From Verrucomicrobiota bacterium (GTDB lineage: Bacteria > Verrucomicrobiota > Verrucomicrobiia > Limisphaerales > UBA1100), in contig JAOLZA010000006.1 of assembly GCA_028343615.1 (NCBI GenBank), positions 245 through 64,244 on the forward strand: a DNA stretch of 64,000 nucleotides. The letters run 5' to 3'. Below are positions 1-9,755 of this stretch, piece after piece. Numbering within the stretch: the first letter of the stretch is position 1; each line of letters opens with the position of its first letter. Made by a program: the position numbers and the translations under genes. Below the pieces are notes generated by a model. It saw nothing but the letters and a program-made list of their open reading frames with translations, had not been told where the DNA came from and ran no database searches.

Positions 1-323
1 AACGCCGCGGCAAGCGTTACCGCGGGGCAGGTGTCGCGACCGCAGGGCTCGGCGATAACATTATCTTCCGGCACTTGTGGAAGCTGTTTGCGAATAGCGG
101 CGGCCTGCGATTCGTTGGTGATGATGAAAATGTTTTTGGCGGGCACCAGCGCTTTCACGCGTTCAAAGGTGTGTTGTAGAAATGATTTTTTATCAAACAA
201 TGCCAGTAATTGTTTCGGTGTGGACTCGCGGCTGAGCGGCCAGAAGCGTTCGCCTTTACCTCCGGCAAGGATGGCGATATAGCGGTCTTTCGGATTCTGG
301 CCGGCTTTCTTTTTTGCGGACAT
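1..323 (-). CDS. manC: Mannose-1-phosphate guanylyltransferase, N-terminal part (runs off window start)
   Basis: Not in ORF track; my translation from ATG at 323 gives MSAKKKAGQNPKDRYIAILAGGKGERFWPLSRESTPKQLL...EPCGRDTCPA, with the AGGxGxRFWPxSR...PKQ and EPxGRxT motifs of ManC. Confidence 0.9.
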   Translation of the reverse strand, partial: MSAKKKAGQNPKDRYIAILAGGKGERFWPLSRESTPKQLLALFDKKSFLQHTFERVKALVPAKNIFIITNESQAAAIRKQLPQVPEDNVIAEPCGRDTCPAVTLAAA

Positions 324-324
324 G

Positions 325-1125
325 TCAGTTCTTTTTGATGGCATCCACGAGGGTTTTAACAAAGGCCCCCACACGCTCGGGTAAATTACTTTCTGCGCCA
401 TGTTCGGCTATTTGATTCACAATCGCGCTTCCGACTACAACCGCATCGCTGCACGCGGCCACTTGACGGGCTTGCTCGGGGTTTGAGATGCCAAACCCCA
501 CCGCAATGGGCAGCTTGGTGTGTTTGCGAATGACGGCTGTGGCTGCTTCCATATTAACAGCCACATTCTGCTGCATGCCGGTCACACCTTCGCGCGAAAT
601 GTAATAGATAAAACCATTGCCCCGCACCGCAATCTCAGCGATCCGTTCTTCAGGGGTAGTGGGTGCGACTAGCCAAATACTGCACAAATCAGCATCACTC
701 ATGAGTTTTTCGTATTCGTCGGCCTCTTCGGGCGGGAGATCCAGTGTGAGTATTCCATCAACTCCTGCTTTTGAAGCAATATTGATGAATTCAGCCAAGC
801 CGTGCCGGTGAATGAGATTGTAATATATATATAGTACGATTGGGACTTGTGAACGCTTACGGATGTTGGTTACGGAATCCAGTAGTTTGGCGGGAGTAGT
901 TCCGCTGGCAAGGCCTCGTTGGGCGGCGAGTTGATTGACAAGGCCGTCAGCCAGTGGATCGCTGAAAGGCACACCCAGCTCAAGCACGTCTACACCGGCA
1001 GCGTCGAGTGCCACGGCAATGTTTTCCGTGGCCCCAAGATTTGGGTCACCCGCGCCTATGTAGGCTACAAAGCCTTTTTGGCCGGCGGCCTGCAAGTCGG
1101 CAAAGCGTTGGTCGATTCGATTCAT
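325..1125 (-). CDS. trpA: Tryptophan synthase alpha subunit
   Basis: LELGVPFSDPLADG, YYISREGVTG and VGFGIS motifs. Confidence 0.97.
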   Translation of the reverse strand: MNRIDQRFADLQAAGQKGFVAYIGAGDPNLGATENIAVALDAAGVDVLELGVPFSDPLADGLVNQLAAQRGLASGTTPAKLLDSVTNIRKRSQVPIVLYIYYNLIHRHGLAEFINIASKAGVDGILTLDLPPEEADEYEKLMSDADLCSIWLVAPTTPEERIAEIAVRGNGFIYYISREGVTGMQQNVAVNMEAATAVIRKHTKLPIAVGFGISNPEQARQVAACSDAVVVGSAIVNQIAEHGAESNLPERVGAFVKTLVDAIKKN

Positions 1126-1140
1126 TCGCGAGTTAGCTTA

Positions 1141-1884
1141 TCAATTAGCGTGATAGGAAGCGAGTCGGAGTCCTTCGAGCGTGAGTAAGGGTCGCACGGC
1201 AGTGATTTCAGGGCATTGTCGAGCGATGAGCTGCGCTGTTCCGCCGGTGGCCACCACTGGCAATTTCCGAGTGGATAATTCGTGTTTCAGCTCTTTGATG
1301 AGCCCGGTGATAAGTCCACGGTAACCGTGAATCGCGCCGATGCGCATGGCGTTTTCGGTGGTCTTGCCAATGACGGATCGTATGTCACGAATTTCAACAC
1401 GTGGGAGCAGTGCGGTTTTTTCGTACAAATAATCCGTCATCGCGGAAAGCCCGGGGGCGATGATGCCGCCAACGTAACGACCCTTAGTGTCGACGATGTC
1501 GAAGGTAACTGCTGTGCCGAAATCGACAATCACCACCGGCGCACCAAAATGTTCGAGCCCTCCTCGCGCATTGGCCAATCGGTCGGGGCCGATGGTGGCG
1601 GGTTTGGGGTAGTCAATCTCAAGGCCAAAATTGCGATAGGTTATAACTTGAGATGTTATTCCCATCCCATGCAAAGCTTTCCGCGCCGCGCGCGTGGCGG
1701 TCGGCACTACGCTGCATAACGTCGCGTTACTCACAGTTTGTTTTCCAAGAAATCGCTCCAGCCATTTCACAGCGCGGAGGCTTTGCCAACTCGCAGTTGG
1801 GAATATATCGTGTGGAGTAATGCGTTTGCCATGGGTGAGGCCCGCATGGGTATGGGTGTTGCCGATGTCGAGCAGTAGGTTCAT
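1141..1884 (-). CDS. coaX: Type III pantothenate kinase
   Basis: LLDIGNT, GPDR, VDFGTA, GGIIAPG, ATGG and LEGL motifs. Confidence 0.95.
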   Translation of the reverse strand: MNLLLDIGNTHTHAGLTHGKRITPHDIFPTASWQSLRAVKWLERFLGKQTVSNATLCSVVPTATRAARKALHGMGITSQVITYRNFGLEIDYPKPATIGPDRLANARGGLEHFGAPVVIVDFGTAVTFDIVDTKGRYVGGIIAPGLSAMTDYLYEKTALLPRVEIRDIRSVIGKTTENAMRIGAIHGYRGLITGLIKELKHELSTRKLPVVATGGTAQLIARQCPEITAVRPLLTLEGLRLASYHAN

Positions 1885-2858
1885 TTTGTGAGGGTGACTT
1901 CGCCGCCGATGATTCGTTCGATCCGGCCGTGTTCGGTGCGAAGCAGTAGAGCGCCATTTTCGTCCAAGGCCTCAGCACGTCCGCGTACGCGGCGGTCGCC
2001 CATGTCGATGGTGGCTTGTTTGCCGAGCGTGCTGCAGTGGCTGGCCCATTCCTCCGCCACGGCGGCGAAATTACCGCCAAGGATGCGACCGTATTCGTGG
2101 TCAAGGTTGTGCAGCACTGCTTCGGCTAGATCCGGTCGCGAAACTTTTTTGCCCACGGCCAATTTAAGTGAGGTGGCAATTCCGCGTAGATCGTCGGGGA
2201 ATTCGCTGGCTGTTTGGTTCACATCAATGCCGATGCCGAGTACGACCGAACGCACATGCTCCAGTTCGGCGCTCATTTCGGTAAGGATACCCGCGATTTT
2301 CTTGCCTTTAATTAAAAGATCGTTAGGCCATTTAATCTCCGGCGTAATGCCGGTCGCTGACTGAATGGCGCGCACCAGTGCAATGGCTGACGCTGCTGTG
2401 AGTTGGGTGCATTCGCCCGGTGTAAGGCTGGGGCGGAGAAGTGCGGAAAACCACAAGCCGCGTCCGGTGGGTGATGACCAACGACGACCCATGCGGCCGC
2501 GTCCGGCGGATTGAGATTCAGCAAATATTACGAGCCCTTCGGGGTGCCCTTCCAACGCGGCGCGGCTTGCTTCGTCATTGGTGGACGTGGTGTTCTGTAA
2601 AACGCGCACCGTGCTGCCGATGACTTGATCTTTGATGAGTCGTGATTGTAGGTCAACAGCGAGCAAGGCATCGGGCGCGGATACCAGTAGATATCCGCGG
2701 TGGGGGCTGGCGATAATTTCAAAACCTGCTTCGCGTAGTGACTCGATGTGCGACCACACTGCGGCGCGCGTGACGTGTAGTTGCTGGCATAAATCTGTTC
2801 CGGCAACGCCATCGGGATGGGTGCGGAGAGCTGCGAGCAGTTGGGCGGCAGTGGTCAT
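1881..2858 (-). CDS. birA: Bifunctional biotin--[acetyl-CoA-carboxylase] ligase / biotin operon repressor
   Basis: N-terminal HTH; QSAGRGRMGRRW, IKWPND and KIAGIL motifs. Confidence 0.95.
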   Translation of the reverse strand: MTTAAQLLAALRTHPDGVAGTDLCQQLHVTRAAVWSHIESLREAGFEIIASPHRGYLLVSAPDALLAVDLQSRLIKDQVIGSTVRVLQNTTSTNDEASRAALEGHPEGLVIFAESQSAGRGRMGRRWSSPTGRGLWFSALLRPSLTPGECTQLTAASAIALVRAIQSATGITPEIKWPNDLLIKGKKIAGILTEMSAELEHVRSVVLGIGIDVNQTASEFPDDLRGIATSLKLAVGKKVSRPDLAEAVLHNLDHEYGRILGGNFAAVAEEWASHCSTLGKQATIDMGDRRVRGRAEALDENGALLLRTEHGRIERIIGGEVTLTK

Positions 2859-3754
2859 GAGGTGGGAGAAAATTCCATGGCGATATCCACCGCCACTGCG
2901 GAATGCGTGAGCGCGCCAACAGAGATAAAATTTACGCCGGTTTCCGCGACCGCGCGGATACTCTCGAACGTGATGCCTCCGCTGGCTTCGATTTGGCTGC
3001 GGCCATCAATGAGCGCCACAGCTTCGCGCAACATTTCCGGAGCCATGTTGTCCAGTAAAATAATGTCAGCACCCGCGGCAGCAGCGGCTTCGGCTTGTTC
3101 GAGTGTGTCGGCTTCCACTTCCACTTTCAAATCCGGCTCTGCCTCATGCGCGCGCGTCACGGCGTCGGCTACGGGGTTTGGAGCCTCCAAGGCGGCCAAG
3201 TGATTGTCTTTGATCATGATGAGGTCATCGAGTCCACGGCGATGGTTGCGGGCACCTCCGCATTGTACTGCGTATTTTTCGAAAGCCCGCCAGCCGGGTG
3301 TGGTTTTACGCGTGTCGAGAATCAATACGCCAGTGCCGCGAGCGGCCTCCACATAATTCGCCGCCTGCGTGGCAATCCCGGAAAGACGTTGGAGATAATT
3401 CAGCGCCGTCCGTTCAGCAGTGAGTAACGTACGGCAGGGTGCTTCAATTTTCAGCAATGTCGCGCCAGCACCAACTACTATGCCATCTTCAATTACGGTT
3501 CGAAAATTAGTCTTTCCGGATAATTGGGCGAAGGCCTCTTGTGCGAACGCCGTGCCGCACACTGTGAGTGACTCGCGTGCGACAATGGTCGCGCTTCCCA
3601 TTGCTTCTGCGGGCAGTAGCACATTTGTGGTTACGTCACCTGTGCCGATGTCTTCGGCGAGGGCACGTTGCACATGTTGCTGGATTAATTGTTCTTCAAT
3701 TGCGGCCACGGCCCATTCTTGGAGTGTGCCGTGCCAAGTGGCAAACTGTTTCAC
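2855..3754 (-). CDS. nadC: Nicotinate-nucleotide pyrophosphorylase (quinolinate phosphoribosyltransferase)
   Basis: AERTALN, DTRKTTPG, NHRxGL, IKDNH and EASGGI motifs; exact start uncertain. Confidence 0.95.
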   Translation of the reverse strand: MKQFATWHGTLQEWAVAAIEEQLIQQHVQRALAEDIGTGDVTTNVLLPAEAMGSATIVARESLTVCGTAFAQEAFAQLSGKTNFRTVIEDGIVVGAGATLLKIEAPCRTLLTAERTALNYLQRLSGIATQAANYVEAARGTGVLILDTRKTTPGWRAFEKYAVQCGGARNHRRGLDDLIMIKDNHLAALEAPNPVADAVTRAHEAEPDLKVEVEADTLEQAEAAAAAGADIILLDNMAPEMLREAVALIDGRSQIEASGGITFESIRAVAETGVNFISVGALTHSAVAVDIAMEFSPTS

Positions 3755-3813
3755 TCAAAAACAGTGGGTGGAAAAAGATGTCATTTTGGCAAATGCTGTG
3801 GCACATTATTTGC

Positions 3814-4764
3814 ATGGCTAACGTCATTATTCGACCTGATTGGTTTTTGCCTGAGTCTGCTGTGACACCGGAAGCGACCTACAGCAATCGCCGGCAATTC
3901 CTTAAAACAATGGGTTTAGGAGCGGGACTGAGCGGGGGGGTGCTGGCGCGTGACGCCATGGCAGCCGCTACACCGGCGGAAAACCTCAAGCGATACCCGG
4001 GCAAGCGAAACGCCAAATATAGCCCCAACTTCCGACCGACCACCGAAGTGTGGGGCACTGGCTATAATAATTTTTATGAGTTTTCGACGGATAAGTTTCA
4101 GGTGCGACAGTTGGTCGGTGGTTTTCGCACTACGCCATGGCCGGTAACTATCGGGGGCTTGTGCAAGAAACCTTTCAAAATGGACGCACAGGATTTGGTG
4201 GCAAAGTTTGGCATCGAAGAGCGGGTCTATCGTTTTCGTTGCGTGGAAGGGTGGGGGATGATTCTGCCTTGGTCGGGCTTTTCTCTGCGACGGTTGCTTG
4301 AACTGGCCGAGCCCACTAAAGAAGCCCGGTATGTTAAATTCACCACCGCGATGATTCCGGCTCAAATGCCAGGAATTGCGCGGCTGCCACAGTATCCGTG
4401 GCCCTACACCGAAGGCTTGCGCATTGCTGAGGCGATGCACGATCTCACTTTTGTGGCCACTGGTATTTTTGGTAAACCTTTGCCCAAGCAAAACGGTGCG
4501 CCGATACGGCTGGTTGTTCCGTGGAAGTATGGATACAAAAGCATCAAGAGCATTGTGAAGATTGAGTTCGTACGCAATCAGCCCAAGACGTTGTGGAATA
4601 CTCTCTCAGCTGTTGAGTATCCGTTTGAATCTAATGTAGATCCCGCCAAGCCTCATCCGCGATGGAGTCAGGCCACCGAGGAAATGAAAGGAACGGGTGG
4701 TGTGCGCGTTCGCACTCTCAAATATAACGGCTACGGCGCAGTCGCCGGGCTGTACCGTCGTTAA
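3814..4764 (+). CDS. msrP: Protein-methionine-sulfoxide reductase molybdoenzyme catalytic subunit
   Basis: Tat motif SNRRQFLK; YNNFYEF, RFRCVEGW, QNGAPIRLVVPWKYGYKSIK, HPRWSQA; start chosen at MANVII (3814) to avoid overlap with nadC. Confidence 0.93.
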   Translation: MANVIIRPDWFLPESAVTPEATYSNRRQFLKTMGLGAGLSGGVLARDAMAAATPAENLKRYPGKRNAKYSPNFRPTTEVWGTGYNNFYEFSTDKFQVRQLVGGFRTTPWPVTIGGLCKKPFKMDAQDLVAKFGIEERVYRFRCVEGWGMILPWSGFSLRRLLELAEPTKEARYVKFTTAMIPAQMPGIARLPQYPWPYTEGLRIAEAMHDLTFVATGIFGKPLPKQNGAPIRLVVPWKYGYKSIKSIVKIEFVRNQPKTLWNTLSAVEYPFESNVDPAKPHPRWSQATEEMKGTGGVRVRTLKYNGYGAVAGLYRR

Positions 4765-4767
4765 GGC

Positions 4768-6192
4768 ATGCCGCTGCCTGTCATCTCCGTGGCGCAAATG
4801 CGCGAGTGGGAGGGGCGCGCTTGGGCCGCAGGTGTTTGCCAAGAGACGGTGATGAAACTTGCCGGAGAGGCAGTGGCACGCCGTGCCTTCGATCTTGAGG
4901 ATCATTCTGGCTCGACGATGCTGTTTCTGATTGGCAAAGGCAAAAACGGGGATGATGCCCGCATCGCTGCCGAGTTGCTCACGGCGGAGGGGGTGGAGGG
5001 TGTTCAGCTAATGAAGCTGGTGGACGGAACTGAATCTTTGCCGGACTTTTCCGGCGTGTCTCTCATAGTGGATGGGGTTTTTGGAATTGGACTTAATCGG
5101 GAACTATCACCTGATTGGTGTGATTTTATCGAGCGACTGAATGAAAGCACAAAGGGTTTGCGTGTTCCGGTGTTGTCGATAGACGTCCCCTCCGGATTAG
5201 ATGCAGATACTGGTCAACCGCGAGGAGCGGCGGTGCGCGCTGATTATACGTTAACCGTTGGTGCGCCCAAGACTGGCTTAATTTCAGATCATGCCTCAGA
5301 ATTTGTGGGACTCTTGGAAGTGGCTGCGGAAGTTGGTTTGAGCGAAGTGCCACCATTGGGCGAATTGCGATGGGTTGATGCTAATGATTTTAAGAGATTC
5401 GTTCCCAAGCGTCACGCCAACGCACACAAAGGTACCTTTGGGCATGTCGGGATTATCGCCGGTTCCACGGGCTATCATGGCGCGGCGGTGTTGGCTGCCC
5501 GCGGAGCTGCATGTTCCGGCGTGGGATTGGTGAGCGTGTTTACCCCCGCGTATGCGCCTGTGGCTGCACAGTTGCAATCGGCGATGGTGCATCCGTGGGA
5601 TGCTAACGTGATTCACACATTAAGCGCATGCACTGCAGTGGTCATTGGCCCGGGCTTACTCGGGCCCGATGTGCCTGAAAGTTTACGGCGGGTGGTTATT
5701 AACCTTTGGCGGGAATCGAAAAACCCAATCGTGGTAGACGCTAGCGCGCTAGAATGGGTATCTAGCGAACCTGTTCCGGAAAATGCCGTGCGCGTGGTAA
5801 CCCCGCATCCCGGGGAAGCGGCAAGAATGTTGGAAACGACAGCAGGCCAAATCCAAGCCGATCGAGTACAATCCCTCCGTCGGTTTTCCGCCCAATACAG
5901 CGGAGCCGTTACTGTCCTCAAAGGTCGGCATACGCTCATTGGGGCTTTTGAGGGGCCGGTGATAATCAATGGCAGTGGCAACCCGCACCTTGCGCAAGGG
6001 GGTAGCGGGGATGTGCTTTCTGGCTATTTGGGTGGTTGGCTGGCCCGCAAGGATTTAGAGGGGGAACTGGTAAACACAATCGCACTCGCAGTGTGGAGGC
6101 ACGGGGCAGCGGCTGATCATCTTTCCGCCTTTGGTTTCGAGCGGGATGTTGATTCTTTACTCTCAACACTTGAGGGAAATTTTGATTGCTGA
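4768..6192 (+). CDS. nnr: Bifunctional NAD(P)H-hydrate epimerase/dehydratase
   Basis: GKGKNGDD, IDVPSG, AHKGTFG, TPHPGE and GGSGDVL motifs. Confidence 0.93.
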   Translation: MPLPVISVAQMREWEGRAWAAGVCQETVMKLAGEAVARRAFDLEDHSGSTMLFLIGKGKNGDDARIAAELLTAEGVEGVQLMKLVDGTESLPDFSGVSLIVDGVFGIGLNRELSPDWCDFIERLNESTKGLRVPVLSIDVPSGLDADTGQPRGAAVRADYTLTVGAPKTGLISDHASEFVGLLEVAAEVGLSEVPPLGELRWVDANDFKRFVPKRHANAHKGTFGHVGIIAGSTGYHGAAVLAARGAACSGVGLVSVFTPAYAPVAAQLQSAMVHPWDANVIHTLSACTAVVIGPGLLGPDVPESLRRVVINLWRESKNPIVVDASALEWVSSEPVPENAVRVVTPHPGEAARMLETTAGQIQADRVQSLRRFSAQYSGAVTVLKGRHTLIGAFEGPVIINGSGNPHLAQGGSGDVLSGYLGGWLARKDLEGELVNTIALAVWRHGAAADHLSAFGFERDVDSLLSTLEGNFDC

Positions 6193-6223
6193 AACCAATT
6201 TTTTGGTGCACATTAGGTGAGGA

Positions 6224-7495
6224 GTGAGGGGGTGGATTTCATTTTTTGTTTGGCTGTTGGCCGTAGTTCCGGAGACGCGGGCTGCGTTTCTCGTGGAATA
6301 CCAGGGGGCGAGCGAGCCAGTTCAGATACACAGCATCTTATCGGTAAATCCGGATGGCGTCATACTTCGCCCTGAGGGCGCTGGGTTTGGCAATGGCGTG
6401 CGCCACCGTTGGGATCAGTTCACGGTGCGCACTTTGGGCGTGCTGATGAGTGAATTATTGAAGGATCCTCTTTTCAATCAAAAATCACGTGATGCTAAAT
6501 TTAAAATAATGAGTTCGCTTGAGGCAGCCCGGAGTAAACAGGTCCCCGTTGTCATTGCGCCGCCGAATCAACCTGTCCAGCCGATTGCCGCACCGACACC
6601 TCTGCCCGTGGCAGTGATCAATACCCCTGCGCCGCCCGCGGTAAACTCCCAAACAGGAATTCCGAAATCTGTGTCCGCGCCCACTAATAGTTTGCCGGCA
6701 CTGCCTAAGCCCACAAGTCCCACTCCAGTTCGGCCGGCCGCCACCAATGCGGCGTCTCAACCGGCTCCTGCTTTCCAGCTTATTGAACCTCCAGGGGTGG
6801 CGTCTTTCCCTAATCGACGCCCACCGGCCAGTGGTATGAGTACGGAAGTGGTGTTTAATCCCGCTGGGATATTTCTAGCTTTACTGGTTATGGGCCTCAG
6901 TGGTTATGCCGGTTATGAAATTGCACGTTTTAAAAACAGGCCAGTAAAATTGGTGTGTGTCCTGAGTGCCGTTTTGCCTGTTCTTGGTCCTGTGGTTTTC
7001 TTGGTGATGTCGCCGCAACAGGCTACTGGTGCAGCCCAATTTGCCTCGTCAGACGTTCCCGGCTCGGTCGATCTTCCTGGCACCACGCCACCAACGCCTT
7101 TGCCGGCAGTTCGGAGCTTAAAATATGAGGACGACCCGGATTCGCCCTACGCCAATCTTGCTGAAGGGCCGGTGGATGAAACCCAATATGTGGATGAATC
7201 CGCTGCTGATGGCGCTCCGGTTCCGGTTGCGAAGTCGCTCGAGCATTATCACAGTTCTGAATATGAATTCACTCCGGCATTTTTCAGTGAATATTTTGCT
7301 CAGTTTGTGGGTGCAAAGGTCGCCACTAATGAGGCGCTTATCCTGAGAACTAATGCCAATGAATATTCCGTCCGCTACATTTCGGTAGTAGACGCCACCG
7401 GGTTACAATTTATTTTTGCGTCCCAGGGTCAATGGATGGAGGAGTTTTTGGCTTACACTGATATTACCGAAGTGGAGGTGCTTGGTCATGCCTGA
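6224..7495 (+). CDS. Hypothetical membrane protein (signal peptide, Pro-rich linker, 2 TM helices, acidic C-terminal domain)
   Basis: 423-aa ORF filling the gap in an operon-like run; hydrophobic N-terminus and two hydrophobic segments; no recognised motif. Confidence 0.75.
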   Translation: MRGWISFFVWLLAVVPETRAAFLVEYQGASEPVQIHSILSVNPDGVILRPEGAGFGNGVRHRWDQFTVRTLGVLMSELLKDPLFNQKSRDAKFKIMSSLEAARSKQVPVVIAPPNQPVQPIAAPTPLPVAVINTPAPPAVNSQTGIPKSVSAPTNSLPALPKPTSPTPVRPAATNAASQPAPAFQLIEPPGVASFPNRRPPASGMSTEVVFNPAGIFLALLVMGLSGYAGYEIARFKNRPVKLVCVLSAVLPVLGPVVFLVMSPQQATGAAQFASSDVPGSVDLPGTTPPTPLPAVRSLKYEDDPDSPYANLAEGPVDETQYVDESAADGAPVPVAKSLEHYHSSEYEFTPAFFSEYFAQFVGAKVATNEALILRTNANEYSVRYISVVDATGLQFIFASQGQWMEEFLAYTDITEVEVLGHA

Positions 7496-8093
7496 ACAAA
7501 TGAAATACAACGCCGTACTCCTGTTTGGCGCGCCTGGTTCCGGCAAGGGAACTCAAGGTCGCATTTTGCGCAATCTTCCGAATTGTTATTACTTCGCCTG
7601 TGGTGATGCGTTTCGGAATTTACGCCCGGATGATCCGCTGGGTAAAACGTTCCTTGAATACTCCAGTCGAGGCGAGTTGGTGCCCGATGAATTCACCATC
7701 ACCCTTTGGCAAAAAAACATGGAGAGTGCCATCGTAAAGGGGGCATTCCATCCCAAACAAGACTTTCTGGTTCTCGATGGCATTCCGCGCAATCCACACC
7801 AGGTGGAAATGATTGGCGAACATGTCAACGTGTTAGCTGTGCTGCATCTCGCCTGTCCGGATCAGGAGCAAATGATCGAGCGCATCCAGCGCCGTGCCCT
7901 CTTAGAAAGCCGACTAGACGATGCTAACCTAGAAATCATCCGGCAACGCTTCCAAACCTACAAGCAGGAAACCCAGCCCGTGCTGGATTGTTTCGCCGCC
8001 GACATTGTGCATGATATTGATTCCACCCAATCGCCCGTCAAAGTACTTAGCGGCGTAGCGGAAGCGCTGGGGCAACTGGAGTTTTGCAACTAA
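7488..8093 (+). CDS. adk: Adenylate kinase family (short LID)
   Basis: GAPGSGKGTQ, GELVPD, LDGIPR, R..R.DD; start taken at MPEQMKY. Confidence 0.85.
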   Translation: MPEQMKYNAVLLFGAPGSGKGTQGRILRNLPNCYYFACGDAFRNLRPDDPLGKTFLEYSSRGELVPDEFTITLWQKNMESAIVKGAFHPKQDFLVLDGIPRNPHQVEMIGEHVNVLAVLHLACPDQEQMIERIQRRALLESRLDDANLEIIRQRFQTYKQETQPVLDCFAADIVHDIDSTQSPVKVLSGVAEALGQLEFCN

Positions 8094-9034
8094 TGCTTCC
8101 CCGCGTGCTCTACATGGGCACGGCCGAACTGGCCTGTTTGCCGCTCGTCGCCCTCCACGCAAGCCCCGTTGCTGACGTGGTAGGCGTGGTCACCCAGCCC
8201 GACCGACCCGTTGGACGCAAACTGAAACCCCGACCCAGTTTCGTAAAACAATGCGCACTTGAACTGGGCTTGCCGGTTATCCAGCCACAAACACTTCGCA
8301 CCCCTCAGGCCATTGAACAACTTGCCTCCTTTGAGCCAGACCTTTTTGTGGTCACAGCCTTTGGGCAAATCCTTCCTCAGTCAGCGCTCGACCTGCCACA
8401 GCATGGCGCGCTGAATGTGCACGTCTCACTCCTGCCGCGGCATCGCGGTGCGGCCCCTATCCAATGGGCCATCCTCGAAGGAGATGCTGAAACCGGTGTC
8501 ACGCTCATGCGAATGGATGCTGGCCTTGATACAGGCGACATTATTTCCACAGTGAAAACTGAAATTACTGAAGGGGACACCGCCCAAACCTTGCACGATC
8601 GATTGGCGCAATTGGGTGCCGCGCTGCTAGCTGAATCGCTACCCGGTTATCTCGATGGCACTTGTAAGCCAGTTTCACAGGATGAAGCTCGATCGACGTA
8701 TGCGCGAAAAATCCTTAAACAAGATGGCCAAATTGACTGGACAGAATCTGCCGAAACTATTTTTCGAAAGCTGCGCGCTTTTACGCCATGGCCCGGGATT
8801 TTCACGTACCTACCCACAGATAAATTGAGTTTGGTTAAAATTCAATCCGCCAATATATCCATCACGGAAGGAATCGCTGGCGAAGTGTTATCAGCAGGTG
8901 AAGACGGCATCTTGATTGGGTGCGGAAAACAGTCGTTAAATGTTCTTCAGTTACAAAGAGAGGGCGGCCGATCTTTGGGCTCAGGCGATTTCCTTAATGG
9001 TTTCTCTCTGCGCGCTGGGCAAAAACTCAGTTAA
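8093..9034 (+). CDS. fmt: Methionyl-tRNA formyltransferase
   Basis: YMGT, VVTQPDRP, NVHxSLLP, RGAAPIQ, GLDTG; TAATG overlap with adk. Confidence 0.96.
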   Translation: MLPRVLYMGTAELACLPLVALHASPVADVVGVVTQPDRPVGRKLKPRPSFVKQCALELGLPVIQPQTLRTPQAIEQLASFEPDLFVVTAFGQILPQSALDLPQHGALNVHVSLLPRHRGAAPIQWAILEGDAETGVTLMRMDAGLDTGDIISTVKTEITEGDTAQTLHDRLAQLGAALLAESLPGYLDGTCKPVSQDEARSTYARKILKQDGQIDWTESAETIFRKLRAFTPWPGIFTYLPTDKLSLVKIQSANISITEGIAGEVLSAGEDGILIGCGKQSLNVLQLQREGGRSLGSGDFLNGFSLRAGQKLS

Positions 9035-9056
9035 TTTTCAATAACCCAACTCCATC

Positions 9057-9084
9057 TTGACAATTGTATCTCAGCAGTTAAATT
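9057..9084 (+). promoter_or_regulatory. Sigma70-type promoter of TetR-RND operon
   Basis: TTGACA (9057-9062), 16 nt, TAAATT (9079-9084). Confidence 0.6.
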
Positions 9085-9093
9085 GTTCGACTG

Positions 9094-9113
9094 ATTCAAT
9101 CGAACGTATGAAT
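9094..9113. promoter_or_regulatory. Imperfect palindrome, probable TetR (PsrA-like) operator
   Basis: ATTCAATCG-AA-CGTATGAAT between promoter and TetR ATG; resembles PsrA-type TTCAAACGnnCGTTTGAA boxes. Confidence 0.6.
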
Positions 9114-9119
9114 TAATAG

Positions 9120-9755
9120 ATGAAGGCGAATGATACAAAGGGTAATATCTTGGATGCGGCAGAGAACTTGTTTGCTGCGCGTGGACCCCATGCGACATCG
9201 TTGCGTCAAGTAATCAGCAGCGCTAAGGTGAACTTGGCAGCAGTGCATTATCACTTCGGAAGCAAGGAGTCTCTGATTCAGGCCGTGATGGCGCGGCGGT
9301 TGGTGCCGTTGAATGCCGAGCGGTTGGCCTTGCTGGAAGAGCAAGAACGCGCGCATGGACGAAGGGTTGTTCCGCTGTCAAAAGTGCTTACTGCGTTGGT
9401 TGGCCCTGCGTTGCGATTGAGCCGAAACCCAAAAAAAGGAGGGGCGGTATTTATGCAGTTATTAGGTCGTTGCTTTATGGAACCAGATCCAAAAATCCAG
9501 GCGATGCTTGACCGGCAATTACAAGAGGTGGCCGGTCGGTTTATTCCCGCATTGCAACGGGCCGTGCCAAAATTGCCGGAGGAAGATTTTTTTTGGCGCA
9601 TTCATTTTTTAGTCGGCGCCATGGCGCACACAATGGCAGACGCTGAACGACTGCGAACTTTTTCGGGCGACTGCTGCAATCCTGATGACACGGAGGCGAT
9701 GATTGATCATTTGGTGAATTTCCTGACCGCTGGTTTCAAGGCAAAGTCTCGATGA
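9120..9755 (+). CDS. TetR family transcriptional regulator (PsrA-like)
   Basis: ILDAAENLFA...TSLRQV...VNLAAVHYHFGSKE HTH; LNxER and FLTAG C-terminal features. Confidence 0.92.
   Translation: MKANDTKGNILDAAENLFAARGPHATSLRQVISSAKVNLAAVHYHFGSKESLIQAVMARRLVPLNAERLALLEEQERAHGRRVVPLSKVLTALVGPALRLSRNPKKGGAVFMQLLGRCFMEPDPKIQAMLDRQLQEVAGRFIPALQRAVPKLPEEDFFWRIHFLVGAMAHTMADAERLRTFSGDCCNPDDTEAMIDHLVNFLTAGFKAKSR

Noticed and set aside
31-282. 83-aa + strand ORF at window start
   Set aside because: Antisense to the clear manC reading frame
3568-3813. ORF-track N-terminal extensions of msrP (similarly adk, MFP, ispD, smc, sodA, glgP)
   Set aside because: They overlap upstream genes or promoters; family similarity begins at downstream start codons
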